From Heteronotia binoei (taxonomy: Eukaryota): a stretch of DNA of 64,000 nucleotides. Of this stretch, positions 1 through 11,756 are shown in pieces. The position numbers and the translations under genes were made by a program. The DNA lies in NCBI RefSeq assembly GCF_032191835.1, contig NC_083237.1:10478001-10542000 (forward strand), in the 5' to 3' direction. The notes under the pieces were generated by a model. It was not told where the DNA came from and searched no databases. It was given only the letters and a program-made list of their open reading frames with translations. Every line of letters begins with the position of its first letter. Position 1 is the first letter of the stretch.

Positions 1-735
1 GCTTGTGGGCACTTAACAGTTTTACAGAGCCATTGAGTGCTCAGCTGAAAAGAATCCCTCAAATGACTTCATTTCTAAAAAGGATTTTGCTTTCTTCTCC
101 ATCTGGTTTACAAAAAACGGACAGGGACAAATGAAGGCTGTTCTTAGCATTCAGTATTGATAGTCTCTAGCCAATGCTTCTTCAGATTGTGCTGAAAACA
201 GGTTGAAGACCAGGTGAAGAGCACAGCATCATGCAAAAATCTGTACAATCCCAATATTGTGGTGGAATTATTTCATCATAATCACATTGTGGAAATTTCT
301 ATCCATAGTGACATGATGAAGATCACTTTTTAAAGTATCCCCACCAGCATCTTTTCCTAACCCACTCTTCAGAATCATCGAGAATAATTTCTTGCTATTG
401 GAATAAATAGGTAATTATTCTCCTTTGATGATTGAAGTGTAATGATGAATTAAGCATGTGGGAGGGGAAAATGTTGTCACATCTGCTTGAATTGCCATTT
501 ATAGGTAGTCAAGCTCTTTCATTCCAAAGTGAGTATTTGTTAACCTTTTCATCTTGTTGGTAGTAGAAAGTGCCATCAAGTAACAGCTGAGTTAGAACAA
601 CTCCTGATGGGGTTTTCAAGGCAAGAGACGGACATAGGTGCTTGGCTTATTGCCTGCCTCTTTGTAGCAATGCTGGACTTCGTCTGTGGTCTCCTACTCA
701 AGAGTTAACCCAGGCTGATCCAGCTTAGGTTATGA

Positions 736-872
736 CAGGGTGGTCAACGGTAGCTCTCCAGATGTGTTTTGCCTATAACTCCCATCAGCCCCAGTCATTG
801 GCCGTGCTGGTTGGGCCTGATGGGAGTTGTAGGCAAAAAAAAAATCTGGAGAGCTACCGTAGGCCACCCCTG
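736..872. mobile_element. hAT-type fold-back MITE
   Basis: Long TIRs; 8-bp TSD GGTTATGA (728-735, 873-880); inserted in a 5S SINE. Confidence 0.9.
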
Positions 873-989
873 GGTTATGAGATCTGATGAGCTCAGGTTG
901 AGGCACTTTCCGTCTTACTGTTCCTCAAATGGGCTCAGAGTGCTGTCCCTTTCCTTTACTCCTCAGTCATTTTATCTGTGCAGCAGCCC

Positions 990-1024
<35 letters not shown>

Positions 1025-1164
1025 TTGGCCGCTGTGTGACACAGAATGTTGGACTGGATGGGCCATTGGCCTGATCTAACATGGCTTCTCTTATGTTCTT
1101 ATGCTTTCCGTTTGAATGAAAGAAAGTGCAGGGCTCAGAGTAGCCCAAGGAGTTTAATGGATGA

Positions 1165-1376
1165 ACATATGAACATATGAAGCTGCCTTATACCAAATCA
1201 GACCTTTGGTCCTTCAAAGTCAGTATTGTCTTCTCAGACTGGCAGCGGCTCTCCAGGGTCTCAAGCTGAGGTTTTTCACACCTATTTGCCTGGACCCTTT
1301 TTTGGAGATGCCAGGGATTGAACCTGGGACCTTCTGCTTCCCAAGCAGATGCTCTACCACTGAGCCACCGTCCCTG
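1165..1376 (-). mobile_element. tRNA-derived SINE, second family (plus-strand copies near 2130, 7985, 30650, 30793, 42840, 46430, 62115)
   Basis: GTGGCTCAGTGGTAGAGCATCTGCTT..GGTTCAATCCCTGGCATCTCCA head followed by a shared body and (CATATGTT)n tail. Confidence 0.8.
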
Positions 1377-1612
1377 TGGAGTCTCAATCTCTCTCTTCCA
1401 ACTTTGTCTTCAGCATAATGACAACTTCAGCATAATGACAACTTACTGCACTATTTCATTGCATTTTTCTTTGTTGTAGTTGTTTTAAAAAGCCTATATT
1501 CTGGATATTCCAATAAATTGGAAATTATAAATTTCTTGATTATATATATTGGCCTAATACTAGGCCAATATATATATTATACTATATTATATATATTGGC
1601 CTAATACTAGGT

Positions 1613-2100
1613 AAGAACCCTGTGGCGTAGAGTTCAAGCTCTGCTCACAACCTGAGTTTGATCCCGGCAGAAGCTGGGTTCAGATAGCCAGCTCGAAGCT
1701 GACTCAGCCTGCCATCCTCCGATGTCAGTAAAATGAGTACCCAGTTTGCTTGGGTTGAAGTGTAGATGACTGGGGAAGGCAATGGCAAACCACCCCATTA
1801 AAAAGTCTGCCAAGAAAACGTCATGATGTGGCCAGTGTTCCCTCAAAGCTGAGTTGGTGTGAGCTAGCTCACAGATTTTTAGCCTCCAGCTCAAACATTT
1901 TTTTTTATTAGCTCAGGAAAAATGGCCACAGAGCATAATAATTTATGCAGCAGCTCACAACTTTAATGTCAGTAGCTCACAACATAGAATTTTTCTTCAC
2001 AAGACTCTGCAGCTTAGAGGGAACATTGGATGTGGCATCACCCCATGGATTGGTAATGACTTGGTGCTGGCACAGGGACTGCCTTTACCTTTACCTTTAA
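1613..2100 (+). mobile_element. Sauria SINE interrupted by a hAT MITE
   Basis: tRNA head, GACTCAGCCT..CCATCCT core, GGGGAAGGCAATGGCAAACCAC segment, (ACCTTT)n tail. Confidence 0.85.
1833..2028. mobile_element. hAT MITE with CAGTGTTCCCTCTAA TIRs (others at 21542-21737, 43667-43882)
   Basis: TSD GATGTGGC here and GTCCAGTG at the 43667 copy; no TSD found at the 21542 copy. Confidence 0.9.
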
Positions 2101-2563
2101 TACTAGTTATTGAACGGTAAAGATTATTACAATAGGGAGGGCTGTGGCTCGGTGAGAAAGCACCTGCTTGGCATGCACCAAGTCCCAGGTTCAGTCCCTG
2201 GCATCTCCAGTTAAAAAGGACAAGGCAATAAGTGATGCGATAGACTTGTGCTTGAGACTCACTTGAGACCCACCTCATCGACAATACGGGCCTCGATAGA
2301 CCAGTGGCCTGATTTGGTGTCATGTAACTTCATATACATGTGTGTTCTTATGTGCATAACTGAGAGATTTCCACATCCCTATTCATCATCCCTTCCTTCT
2401 GCATTGAAATGACATTGCACCCACATGTATCTGTGTAAAACTTTGAATGTGAGCAAGGTAAATATTTTATTTAAACTCTGAATGGCCATTGGTTAAGCTA
2501 AAAAACAATCAAAACCCTTGAAGATCAAACTTTGGCGAACAGGAGAACAGTTAGTGTGTTGGT

Positions 2564-2900
2564 AGATCCAAGCGGGCAGCCGTGTTGGTCTGAAGCAGTA
2601 GAACAAATTGTGAGTCAAGTAGCACCTTTGAGACCAACAAAGTTTTATTCAGAAAGTAAGCTTTCATATGCATGCATACTTCTTCAGATAGGGGATAGGG
2701 TACAGTGGGTTGAAATACATGTAGCTGGTGGGTTAAGAATGTAAAGTGATATAAATTTAGGATCAAATGACAGAATAGTGTAATAAATTGGAAGACCATT
2801 TGGTCTGGAGAGCAATAAAAGGTAATAAAAGTTGCTTGTTAATTGCTTTTGCTGCAAGTCTAGGTTAAACAAAAGGAAATGCATTTCCTAGTGATGTTCT
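2564..2900 (-). mobile_element. Penelope-like terminus
   Basis: Homologous to 12263-12520; hammerhead-like core at 2654-2690. Confidence 0.6.
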
Positions 2901-2947
2901 TATCCACCTAATTTACTTTCTAACATCATTCTATTAGAGTGTTATCC

Positions 2948-3571
2948 AAGAGTCCCATGGTGCAGAGTGGTAAAGCTCAGTACTGCAATCTTAAGCTCTG
3001 TTCACGATCTGAGTTCGATCCCAGCAGAAGTTGGGTTCAGGTAGCCAACTCGAGGTTGACTCAGCCTTCCATCCTTCCGAGGTTGGTAAAATGAGTACTG
3101 AGGGGAAAGTGTAGATGACTGGGGAAGGCAACGACAAACCACCCCATAAAAAAGTCTGCCGTGAAAACGTTGTGAAAGCAACATCGCTCCAGAGTCAGAA
3201 ACGACTGGTGCTTGCACAGGGGACTACCTTTACCTTTTTATCTGTGTGCTGGTGCGATATGATAAGAGCCACATGGCACAGAGTGGTAAAGCTGCAGTAC
3301 TGCCATCAGAACCCTCTGCTCACAACCTGAGTTCGATCCCAGTGGAAGCTGGTTCAGGTAGCCGGCTCCAGGTTGACTCAGCCTTCCATCCTTCCGAGCT
3401 TGGTAAAATGAGTACACAGCTTGCTGGGGGGAAAGCATAGATGACTGGGGAAGGCAATGGCAAACCACCCCGTAAAAAGTCTGCTGTGAAAACGTTATGA
3501 AAGCAACATGAAAAGCAATGTGAAAGAGTCAAAAACGACTGATACTTGCGCAGGGGACTACCTTTAACTTT
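2948..3571 (+). mobile_element. Two head-to-tail Sauria SINEs (2948-3240, 3264-3571)
   Basis: Same diagnostic segments; the second is flanked by TSD-like TGCTGGTG(CG/TA)ATAT. Confidence 0.87.
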
Positions 3572-3633
3572 GCTGGTGTAATATATCTGACAGAATGGGT
3601 AAATGATAAAACACTTTTTACTCTTCACCTCAG

Positions 3634-3676
3634 ATGAGCCTTGCTTTGAGCTGTTCCTCGTCCTCTGGTGACCTAG
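3634..3676 (+). other. Candidate 43-nt upstream exon of subfamily A (paralogs 8669-8711, 33004-33046)
   Basis: Acceptor CTCTTCACCTCAG and donor TAG|GTCAG(G/T) are conserved; splicing is in-frame with the OR in both intact genes. Confidence 0.5.
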
Positions 3677-3771
3677 GTCAGGTCAGTCCCTTGAACCAAT
3701 TTCCTTTCTTTCCCCCATCTTTTAATCTCAGCCAAACTAAACTGTTCGTCTTTGTAGACGTGGAGGTGACA

Positions 3772-4710
3772 ATGAATACATCAAAAGTGACTGAATTTAT
3801 TCTACTGGGTATTCCTTTTCTGCATGATCTACACCGAATATTTTTCGTTATTGGTTTGTTTGTCTACATGGTAGCCATCATGGGAAATGGATTCATCCTC
3901 ATCATCGTGACCTTTGAGCCCAGACTTCAGACTCCCATGTACATCTTCCTAAGCAACCTGGCTCTTCTGGAGATCTGCTACACCACAACTGTAGTACCCA
4001 AGCTTCTTCAGACACTTATGCAACCACGGACCAAAATCTGCTTCCATTGCTGCCTGGCCCAGAACTTTTTCTATTTCACGTTTGCTGGTTCAGAACTTTT
4101 AGTCCTTACAGCAATGTCTTTTGACCGCTATTTGGCCATCTGTAAGCCCCTTCAATATCCATTGATTATGACTAAGAATGTCTGCATCCACCTGTCCTTG
4201 GCCACTTGGTATGTGTCATTTGTACTGTTTCTTTCCCAATGTCTCGTTTTTTGGCAGATGCCTTTTTGTGGGTCCAATGTCGTCGACAATTTCTTTTGTG
4301 ATTCTGCTGCCATGTTTAGCCTTGTATGTACCGATACTAGTGTCAGTGAGTTTGTGGGATTTCTGTCTGCTATCTTAATGATAGTTGTGACCCTGATTTT
4401 CACCACCGTGTCTTATGCCTGCATCATCTCCACTGTAATGAACATTTCTTCAGCTCTTGGGCGCAAGAAGGCATTCTCTACCTGTACATCTCACCTAATT
4501 GTGGTGTGCATATTGTACGGGGCACTGATAGCTATGTATATGAGACCCACTGTGCATTCGTCTTCTCACCTAACCAGGGTACTGGCAGTCTTGAATACAG
4601 CCTTTATCCCAATGTTGAACCCTTTCATATATACAATAAGGAATGCAGAGGTCAAAAATGTCATTAGGAATGTAATACGTAAGAAACAGTTGCTGAACAA
4701 TGATTTTTAA
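3772..4710 (+). CDS. Olfactory receptor, class II family-6-like (subfamily A, copy 1), 312 aa from MNTS
   Basis: OR motifs GN (TM1), LQTPMY, MSFDRYLAICKPLQY, KAFSTCTSH, PMLNPFIYTIRN; N-glycan sequon NTS; splice acceptor TTTGTAG at 3751-3757 just upstream. The ORF-track start at 3634 runs through a probable intron. Confidence 0.95.
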   Translation: MNTSKVTEFILLGIPFLHDLHRIFFVIGLFVYMVAIMGNGFILIIVTFEPRLQTPMYIFLSNLALLEICYTTTVVPKLLQTLMQPRTKICFHCCLAQNFFYFTFAGSELLVLTAMSFDRYLAICKPLQYPLIMTKNVCIHLSLATWYVSFVLFLSQCLVFWQMPFCGSNVVDNFFCDSAAMFSLVCTDTSVSEFVGFLSAILMIVVTLIFTTVSYACIISTVMNISSALGRKKAFSTCTSHLIVVCILYGALIAMYMRPTVHSSSHLTRVLAVLNTAFIPMLNPFIYTIRNAEVKNVIRNVIRKKQLLNNDF

Positions 4711-7700
4711 CTTTTTTTTCAAATAGGTTGATATGTAAAATTGATCAAGACGCTTATGGATAGGCATCAATTCAGATAGATGAAAGGAACAGATTGAAGC
4801 AATGTTTTGCTACTACGTGTATGCAAATTTCACATGATCTGGGCAGCTGCTCTCCCCATAGCTCCAACTAAGAACGTAAGGCTGTGACCAGTTTTGAAAA
4901 TGTAGTGAAGTGATATTCAATTTAATATACTGAGAACAGCAGATCCGGCTTTGAAAAAGCTGACTTGAAACAGGATTCTGCTAACCCTCCCCCCCCAATC
5001 AGATGGGAACTGCTTTCAGTACTGATGAGTTGAGACCGGTTGTGATATCGTGTTCCAAGTTTATCCATCTCTTGTCTCTGCAAGGGCTTTTGAAATCTCC
5101 AAATTGAAAAAAAAGGTGCTGCTATGCAAGCACATTAAAGGTTCATTGAAAGTTGGGAAAACCCCAGAAAACGCAGGAGCTTGGAAAAAACACCTTAAGA
5201 TGCAATTTTGTACATATTTACAGACACAGAGCTGAAGCACTTCACACTTTCCGGATATGCCAATACTTGAAGGACTTGGTGCATTGATCTCACAGAGCTT
5301 TTTGTACTGTTTGGTGTGTAATACTTGTGTGTTTTTGAGCTCTTTTACTTCTTACATAGGTATATATAATGTGATAGACTTAGAAAACACACAAAGAATA
5401 GAATAATGAAAAGTGTGTATTAGATTCACATAATGAAAGTTTTTGGTTTAATATTGCATTATTAAAAATTTTCATGGTGATATATCACAGTCTTCCCCCC
5501 TTTCTTGGCCTCTCCCTATAGCTGCAGCAAGGCCTCTGTTTGGAAAGTGCCCTCCCAAGTTCATTGGCTCAGGAAAAATGTGAGATTAGAAAAATTGGCT
5601 CTTCAAAATCACTGGGCACTTGATATTATCCTAGCCTTGATGGAGAAGGGGGACATGTGCCTTAATTGAGCAAGAATGTTGTGTTTTCATTAATGATTCG
5701 TATTCTGAGATGTTTTATCAAGGCCAGTATGAAAGCAACACCCTCAGGGCACCAGGGTTCTTTGACTTGTGTGGCTAGCCAATTAAAGAAGAAGAAGAAG
5801 AAGATATTGGATTTATATCCCGCCCTCCACTCCGAAGAGTCTCAGAGCGGCTCACAATCTCCTTTATCTTCCTCCCCCACAACAGACACGCTGTGAGGTG
5901 GGTGGGGCTGGAGAGGGCTCTCACAGCAGCTGCCCTTTCAAGGACAACCTCTGCCAGAGCTATGGCTGACCCAAGGCCATGCTAGCAGGTGCAAGTGGAG
6001 GAGTGGGGAATCAAACCCGGTTCTCCCAGATAAGAGTCCGCACACTTAACCACTACACCAAGTCACACAGTGAGACAAAATCCAGACAGCAAAAAGAGGC
6101 AACGAAAGTTTTATTCAAATAAGGAACAACATACAGCCCAAGGTTCAGCTCAGTTGTTCACTGAGATCCAGTTGTGTTCAAACTTTTATACTCTTCATCA
6201 CTTCTTCATTTTCATTATTAATCTTTCATCAACATGCATGCACTCATGCATTTTCTTTGTCTCTAACATTCATAAATATTATATTTGAAAAACAAGACGT
6301 TCCTGGCTTATTTTCCACTTTACTGTTCTTTTCATGCACAGGTGTGTTGTCAAGACTTCCTCATTAAAAATGAAATATAACATCTTTCTAGACACTGACC
6401 TTCCTGCTACCTTCAGTTGGCTACTTTCTCATACTTTCCATCTCTCATGAACTTACAACCTTAAATTCATATCACAAGCAAAACTTAAATTTATATTGTA
6501 TAATCTTGCTTCTACATACACACAGACATATTAAAACACTTGTTCATTAAGCATTCCTACAAATATATGAAACAATTGATAATAATACCACATCAGCCAT
6601 TTCTTAGAAAAATTGAACTTTTATATGGACTTTTCAGCTTCAAATATCATATGCTGAAAGAACTAACTTACCTCTCTTGAATACATGTTCTTGTTTATTC
6701 TCTAATTGATCAGGAGGCATTTATCTGATTTTTCAAGATATTTATATTTTCTGCAAAAACTGTAAACAAAACACTTTTCTTCTTAACCACTTAAGGGTGC
6801 TCTTTGTATAGAAATCATTTCTGATGTTCTAATTACTATTTTAATTAGCCTTCAAAATTTGATTTACTTTCACCTAGTTCAAAGTGTAGTGATACAGCAC
6901 CACAAAATGGTTTTTAAATTTTAAATTGTAATTATGTTTTATTGGTTTTAACTAGTGAATATGAATGTTGTCAGCTGCCCTGAGTTCACTTGCGGAGAGG
7001 CTGGGATAGAAATTTAAAGTAATAAATAAATAATAATAAATAAATGAAGGTTCTAGACAGGAATCAAAAATATCAAAACATCTGTTCTGCTAGAAGTGTC
7101 TTAGATGGCTATCGCTTGGCTCTGATCCCAGTCTAATTGGCTGAAAATATTTTCCAATAACAAGGTTTACCTTTGCTTGCTAAAAATAATAATGCTGATT
7201 GCAACAGGTGCTACTTAATTCCTTGCTACCAACATAGAGTCTTGTGGATTAAATGATCAAACTGCTTAAACTTCATGCATTTCCTTAGCTAAATATAATA
7301 ATTCTTGAACAATTCAATTTAACACAGTATTAAACATTTAAAAGTTTTGTGATAAACATACAGTAGAGGAAAGCTATTCCACATTTGAGTGCTAATAAAT
7401 CATATTAACTAACAAAGCCTCACCTGTTGTCTGCCTATTCAGAAACTCTTTAATTGAATTATAACTTTTAAAAATCCATAATGCTCAAAACTATTTTTTA
7501 TGAACTTTCTCAGAATCTAAACTATAAGCAACAGATTTCTTAACTAATATTAAAACATTATGGGCTATAAGCAGCATAGGGGAACTTTAAACTTTAATTC
7601 ACCTTTTGAAACTGTGTTCTACCTCAAATAAAGAAGGCATTTTACCAAGTTAATTTTGTCTGTTCAGAAACTTAAATCACAATTTTCCCATTTTGAAGTA

Positions 7701-8828
7701 TGCTTCAAGGCTAAAACTGGGATGCAGTTTCCTTCTTCCATGCAGGGCTCAGGGTAACCCAAGGAGTTTAATGGATAACATGGCATCTGAATCTCCATCT
7801 TCCAAGTTCTTCTCCAGCATATTGACTACATGTTACACTATTTCATTGCAGTGTTCTTCTTTTGGTTTGTTTGTTTGTTGGTTATAAACCCCCCAGTATT
7901 CTGGATATTCCAACAGACTGGAAATTATAGATTTCTTGATTATATATTGGCCTAATACTAGCTACGGAAAGGCAAAGATGATAATAATAGGGAGAGCTGT
8001 AGCTCAGTGGAAAAGCATCTGCTTGGCATGCATGAAGTCCCAGGTTCAATCCCTGGCATCTCCAGTTAAAAAGGGCAAGGCAGTAGGTGACTTCCACTTG
8101 AGACCCCGGAGCTCCACTGACAGCCTGAATAGACAATACTGACCTCAACAGACCAATGGTCTGCTCCAGAGGTCATTTTGTAGAAAAATAGGTGGTGGAG
8201 CTCATCCAGGGATTGTTATGCAGCTGCACATTCTATTCAACAGACAAGGAGGTGGAACTCTCAGAAGGAGCTGGAACTCTTAGAAAGGTTCAGGAGCTCT
8301 GTTACTGTGAGCTCCCACTGAATCTGAGGCTTGGTCTGCTGTGGTGTAAGGCAGCTTTATATACATTTGTGCTCCTATGTGTACAGTTGAGAGATTTACA
8401 CATCTCTATTAAACATCCCTTCCTTCTGTGATGAAATGACATTGCACTCTCATGTATCTGTGAATGTGAGCAAGGTAAATATTTTATTTCAACTCTGAAT
8501 GGCCACTGGTTCAACAAAAAACAATCAGATCTTTGAAGACCAAAGTTTTTGTTTGTTTCTATATCCAGTCTTCAGTCTGTTTGGCTAGCAGGAGACCAGT
8601 TAATGTGTTGGTGTGGTACATCTGACAGAATGGGTAAATGATAAAATACTTTTTGCTCTTCACCTCAGGTGACCCCTGCTTTGAACTGCTCCTCATCCTC
8701 TGGTGACCTAGGTCAATTCAGTCCCTTGAACCCATTGCCTTTCTTTTGCCCATGAATTTTTGGATATATTTTAATCTCGGCAATTTTAGAGGATAAACTG
8801 TTCATCTTTGTAGACATGGAGGTGAGAA

Positions 8829-9767
8829 ATGAATACATCAAGAGTGACTGAATTTATTCTGCTGGGCATTCCTTTTCTACATGATCTACACCAAATATTC
8901 TTTGTTACTGGTTTGTTTGTCTACATGTTAGCCATCATGGGGAATGGATTTATCCTCATCATTGTGACCTTTGAGCCCAGACTTCAGACTCCCATGTACA
9001 TCTTCCTGAGCAACCTGGCTCTTCTGGAGATCTGCTACACCACAACTGTAGTACCCAAACTGCTTCAGACATTTGTACAACCACGGACCAAAATCTGCTT
9101 CCGCTGCTGCCTGGCCCAGAACTTTTTCTATTTCACGTTCGGTGGATCAGAACTTTTAGTCCTTACAGCAATGTCTTTTGACCATTATTTGGCCATCTGT
9201 AAACCCCTTCAATATCCACTGATTATGTCTAAGAATGTCTGCATTCACCTGTCTTTGGCCATTTGGTATGTGCCATTTGTCTTTTAGTTTCTTCAATGCT
9301 TTGTTGTTTGGCAGATGCCTTTTTGTGGGTCCAATGTTGTTGACAATTTCTTTTGTGATTCCACTGACATGTTTAGCCTTGTGTGTACTGATGCTCACAT
9401 CAGTGAGTTTGTGAGTTTTCTGTATGCTAGCTCAATGTTAGCTGTGACCCTGATCTTCACCGTAGCATCATATGCTTGTATCATCTCCACCATAATACGC
9501 ATTCCTTCAGCTCTTGGGCGCAAGAAGGCCTTTTCTACCTGTACATCTCACCTAATTGCGGTGTGCCTATTGTATGGGGCACTGATAGCTATGTATGGGA
9601 GACCCAATGTGCGTTTGTCTTCTCACCTAACCAAGGTACTAGCAGTCTTGACTACAGCCTTTATCCCAATGTTGAATCCCTTCATATATACAATAAGGAA
9701 TGCAGAGGTCAAAAATGTCATTAGGAATATAATACATAAGAAACAGTTGCTGAACAATGATTTTTAA
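8829..9767 (+). pseudogene. Olfactory receptor pseudogene (subfamily A)
   Basis: ORFs 8829-9287 and 9315-9767 are in the same frame, separated by one TAG at 9285-9287 (TTG Leu in the 33 kb paralog); DRY changed to DHY. Confidence 0.92.
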
Positions 9768-10714
9768 CTTTTTTTCAAATAGGTTGATATGTAAAATTGA
9801 TCAAGACACTTATGGATAGGCATCAATTCAGATAGATGAAAGGAACAGAGTGAAGCATTGTTTTGCTGCCATGTGCACCCAAATTTCACGTGATCTGGGC
9901 AGCTACTCTCCCCATAGTACCAATTAATAATGTAAGGGCTATGGCCAGTTTTGAATGTGGTGGGAATAGCAGATCCGACTTTGAAAAAGCTGACTTGAAA
10001 TGGGATTCAACTACCTTCCCCCACAATCAGATGGCAACTGCTTTCAGTACTGATGAGTTGAGACCGGTTATATTTTATTAATCTCTTGCCTCTATGGGGG
10101 CTTTTGAAATCTCTAAACTGAAGAAAGGTGCTGCTATGCAAACACATTAAAGGATCATTGAAAGTTGAGAAAACCCCAGAAAACGCAGGATCTTGAAAAA
10201 ACACACACCTTAAGATGCAATTTTGCACATATTTACAGAGACAGAGCTGAAGCACTTCACACTTTCAGTATATTTCAATACGTGAAGGACTTGATTAATT
10301 GTTCTTTAAGAGATTTATACGCAGGGCTTTCTTTTTTGTAGCAAGAACTTCTTTACCTATTAGGACACACACTCCTGATGTAGCCAATCGTCCTGGAGCT
10401 TACAATAGTTTCTGTATTAGGAGCCCTGTAAGCTTTTGGAGGATTGACTATATCAGGGAGGTATGGCCTTATATGCAAATGAGTTCCTGCTACGAAAAAA
10501 GCCCTGCAATAAGCTTTTTGTACTGTCTGGTGTATAATACTGGTATGTTTTTACATAGGTAGAATATACATTATATATACAAACACAACATAAAAAGAAC
10601 AGAATAATGAAAAGTGTTTATTAGATATACATAATAAAAGTTTTTTGTTTCGATATTGCATTATTAGTAATTGTCATGGTGATATGCCTTTTTTTTTCTT
10701 CTTCGACTCTCCCC

Positions 10715-10842
10715 ATAGCTGACCTTTTCAGTCCGGGCCCCCACCTGGTGGAATGAGCTCACTCTGGAGATCCAGGCTCTGCAGGACTTACCCAAGTTTT
10801 GCATGGCCTGTAAGAAGGAGCTCTTCCACCAGGCTTTTAATT
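10715..10842 (+). mobile_element. L2 3' ORF fragment
   Basis: Translates to roughly APTWWNEL..EIQALQDL..ACKKELFHQAF, homologous to the end of the 995-aa L2 ORF. Confidence 0.65.
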
Positions 10843-11336
10843 GAGTCTCAGAGCAGCTCACAATCTCCTTTACCTTCTTCCCCCACAACAGACACCCTAT
10901 GAGGTAGATGAAGATATTGGATTTATATCCTGCCCTCTACTCCGAAGAGTCTCAGAGCGGCTCACAATCTCCTTTCCCTTCCTCCCCCACAACAGACAAC
11001 CTGTGAGGTGGGTGGGGCTGGAGAGGGCTCTCACAGCAGCTGCCCTTTCAAGGACAACTTCTGCCAGGGCTATGGCTGACCCAAGGCCATGCTAGCAGGT
11101 GTAAGTGGAGGAGTGGGGAATCAAACCCGGTTCTCCCAGATAACAGTCTGCGCACTTAGCCACTACACCAAACTGGCTCCAAAGGTGTTTTGATTACTCG
11201 TTCTAGTTTCTGTATGAATGCTATTAAGAAATCTTTAATTTCAAAACAATTTTAAAAAAAACTAGTTGTAGGCATTTCCACATAGAAAAGCAATCCATGC
11301 TACTATCCTCATGTTCATAGGCAATGTTTATTCTGT

Positions 11337-11756
11337 AACTTTTTAATGAGGCTTGGAGATGGCATTTTACTTGGCATGGATATATTTTACCTTTGTTGAA
11401 GGCATTCCCATGAGATATGTTGCATTACTCACTGTACTTTTTTTTTTTTTAAAGAGAGGCTTGCATAAAAAAACTGAAATTAGAAAAAACAACCTTAACG
11501 TTAACTAAGTGGGGCGAACAGCTTCTTGAAGGAGAAATTTCTCATGAGGCCTTCAAACAAACTGGATGCTTAGCAGAGTAAAGGGATTAAGTGCCTCTGT
11601 TTCTACAAGTGCTTGGATTTATAAAAGGAAGATTCTATTTCTTTGTCCCTCTGTGCCAAGGATGTAGAATTATTTTTGTAACAATTACATCTAATTGAAT
11701 TGAATCAGTATCCGTTTTTTTTCCGCCAGGCATAGAGAAAACAGAGGAAGTGCAAG
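11337..11756 (+). promoter_or_regulatory. Candidate OR promoter/enhancer and first exon for the OR at 13846
   Basis: AACTTTTTAATGA 11337-11349; O/E-like TCCCATGAGA 11406-11415 and TCTCATGAGG 11540-11549; TATAAAAG 11620-11627; TAATTG near 11693; donor AAG|GTAAAG at 11757. Confidence 0.6.

Noticed and set aside
3599-3633. GG|GTAAAT donor to the CAG at 3633 as an intron
   Set aside because: 35 nt is too short for a vertebrate intron; kept only as a possible alternative donor to 3757.
3634-3771. ORF-track N-terminal extensions read straight through (also 13732, 25949, 33087)
   Set aside because: They cross polypyrimidine/AG acceptors or start at GTG, and are not colinear between paralogs without splicing.
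7444-7457. AACTCTTTAATTGA, a variant of the H-core motif upstream of the pseudogene
   Set aside because: Imperfect match in very AT-rich DNA, with no nearby O/E site or paralog conservation seen.
9285-9290. Programmed readthrough (pseudo-pseudogene)
   Set aside because: TAG-T is not a favourable readthrough context, and additional degenerative changes are present.
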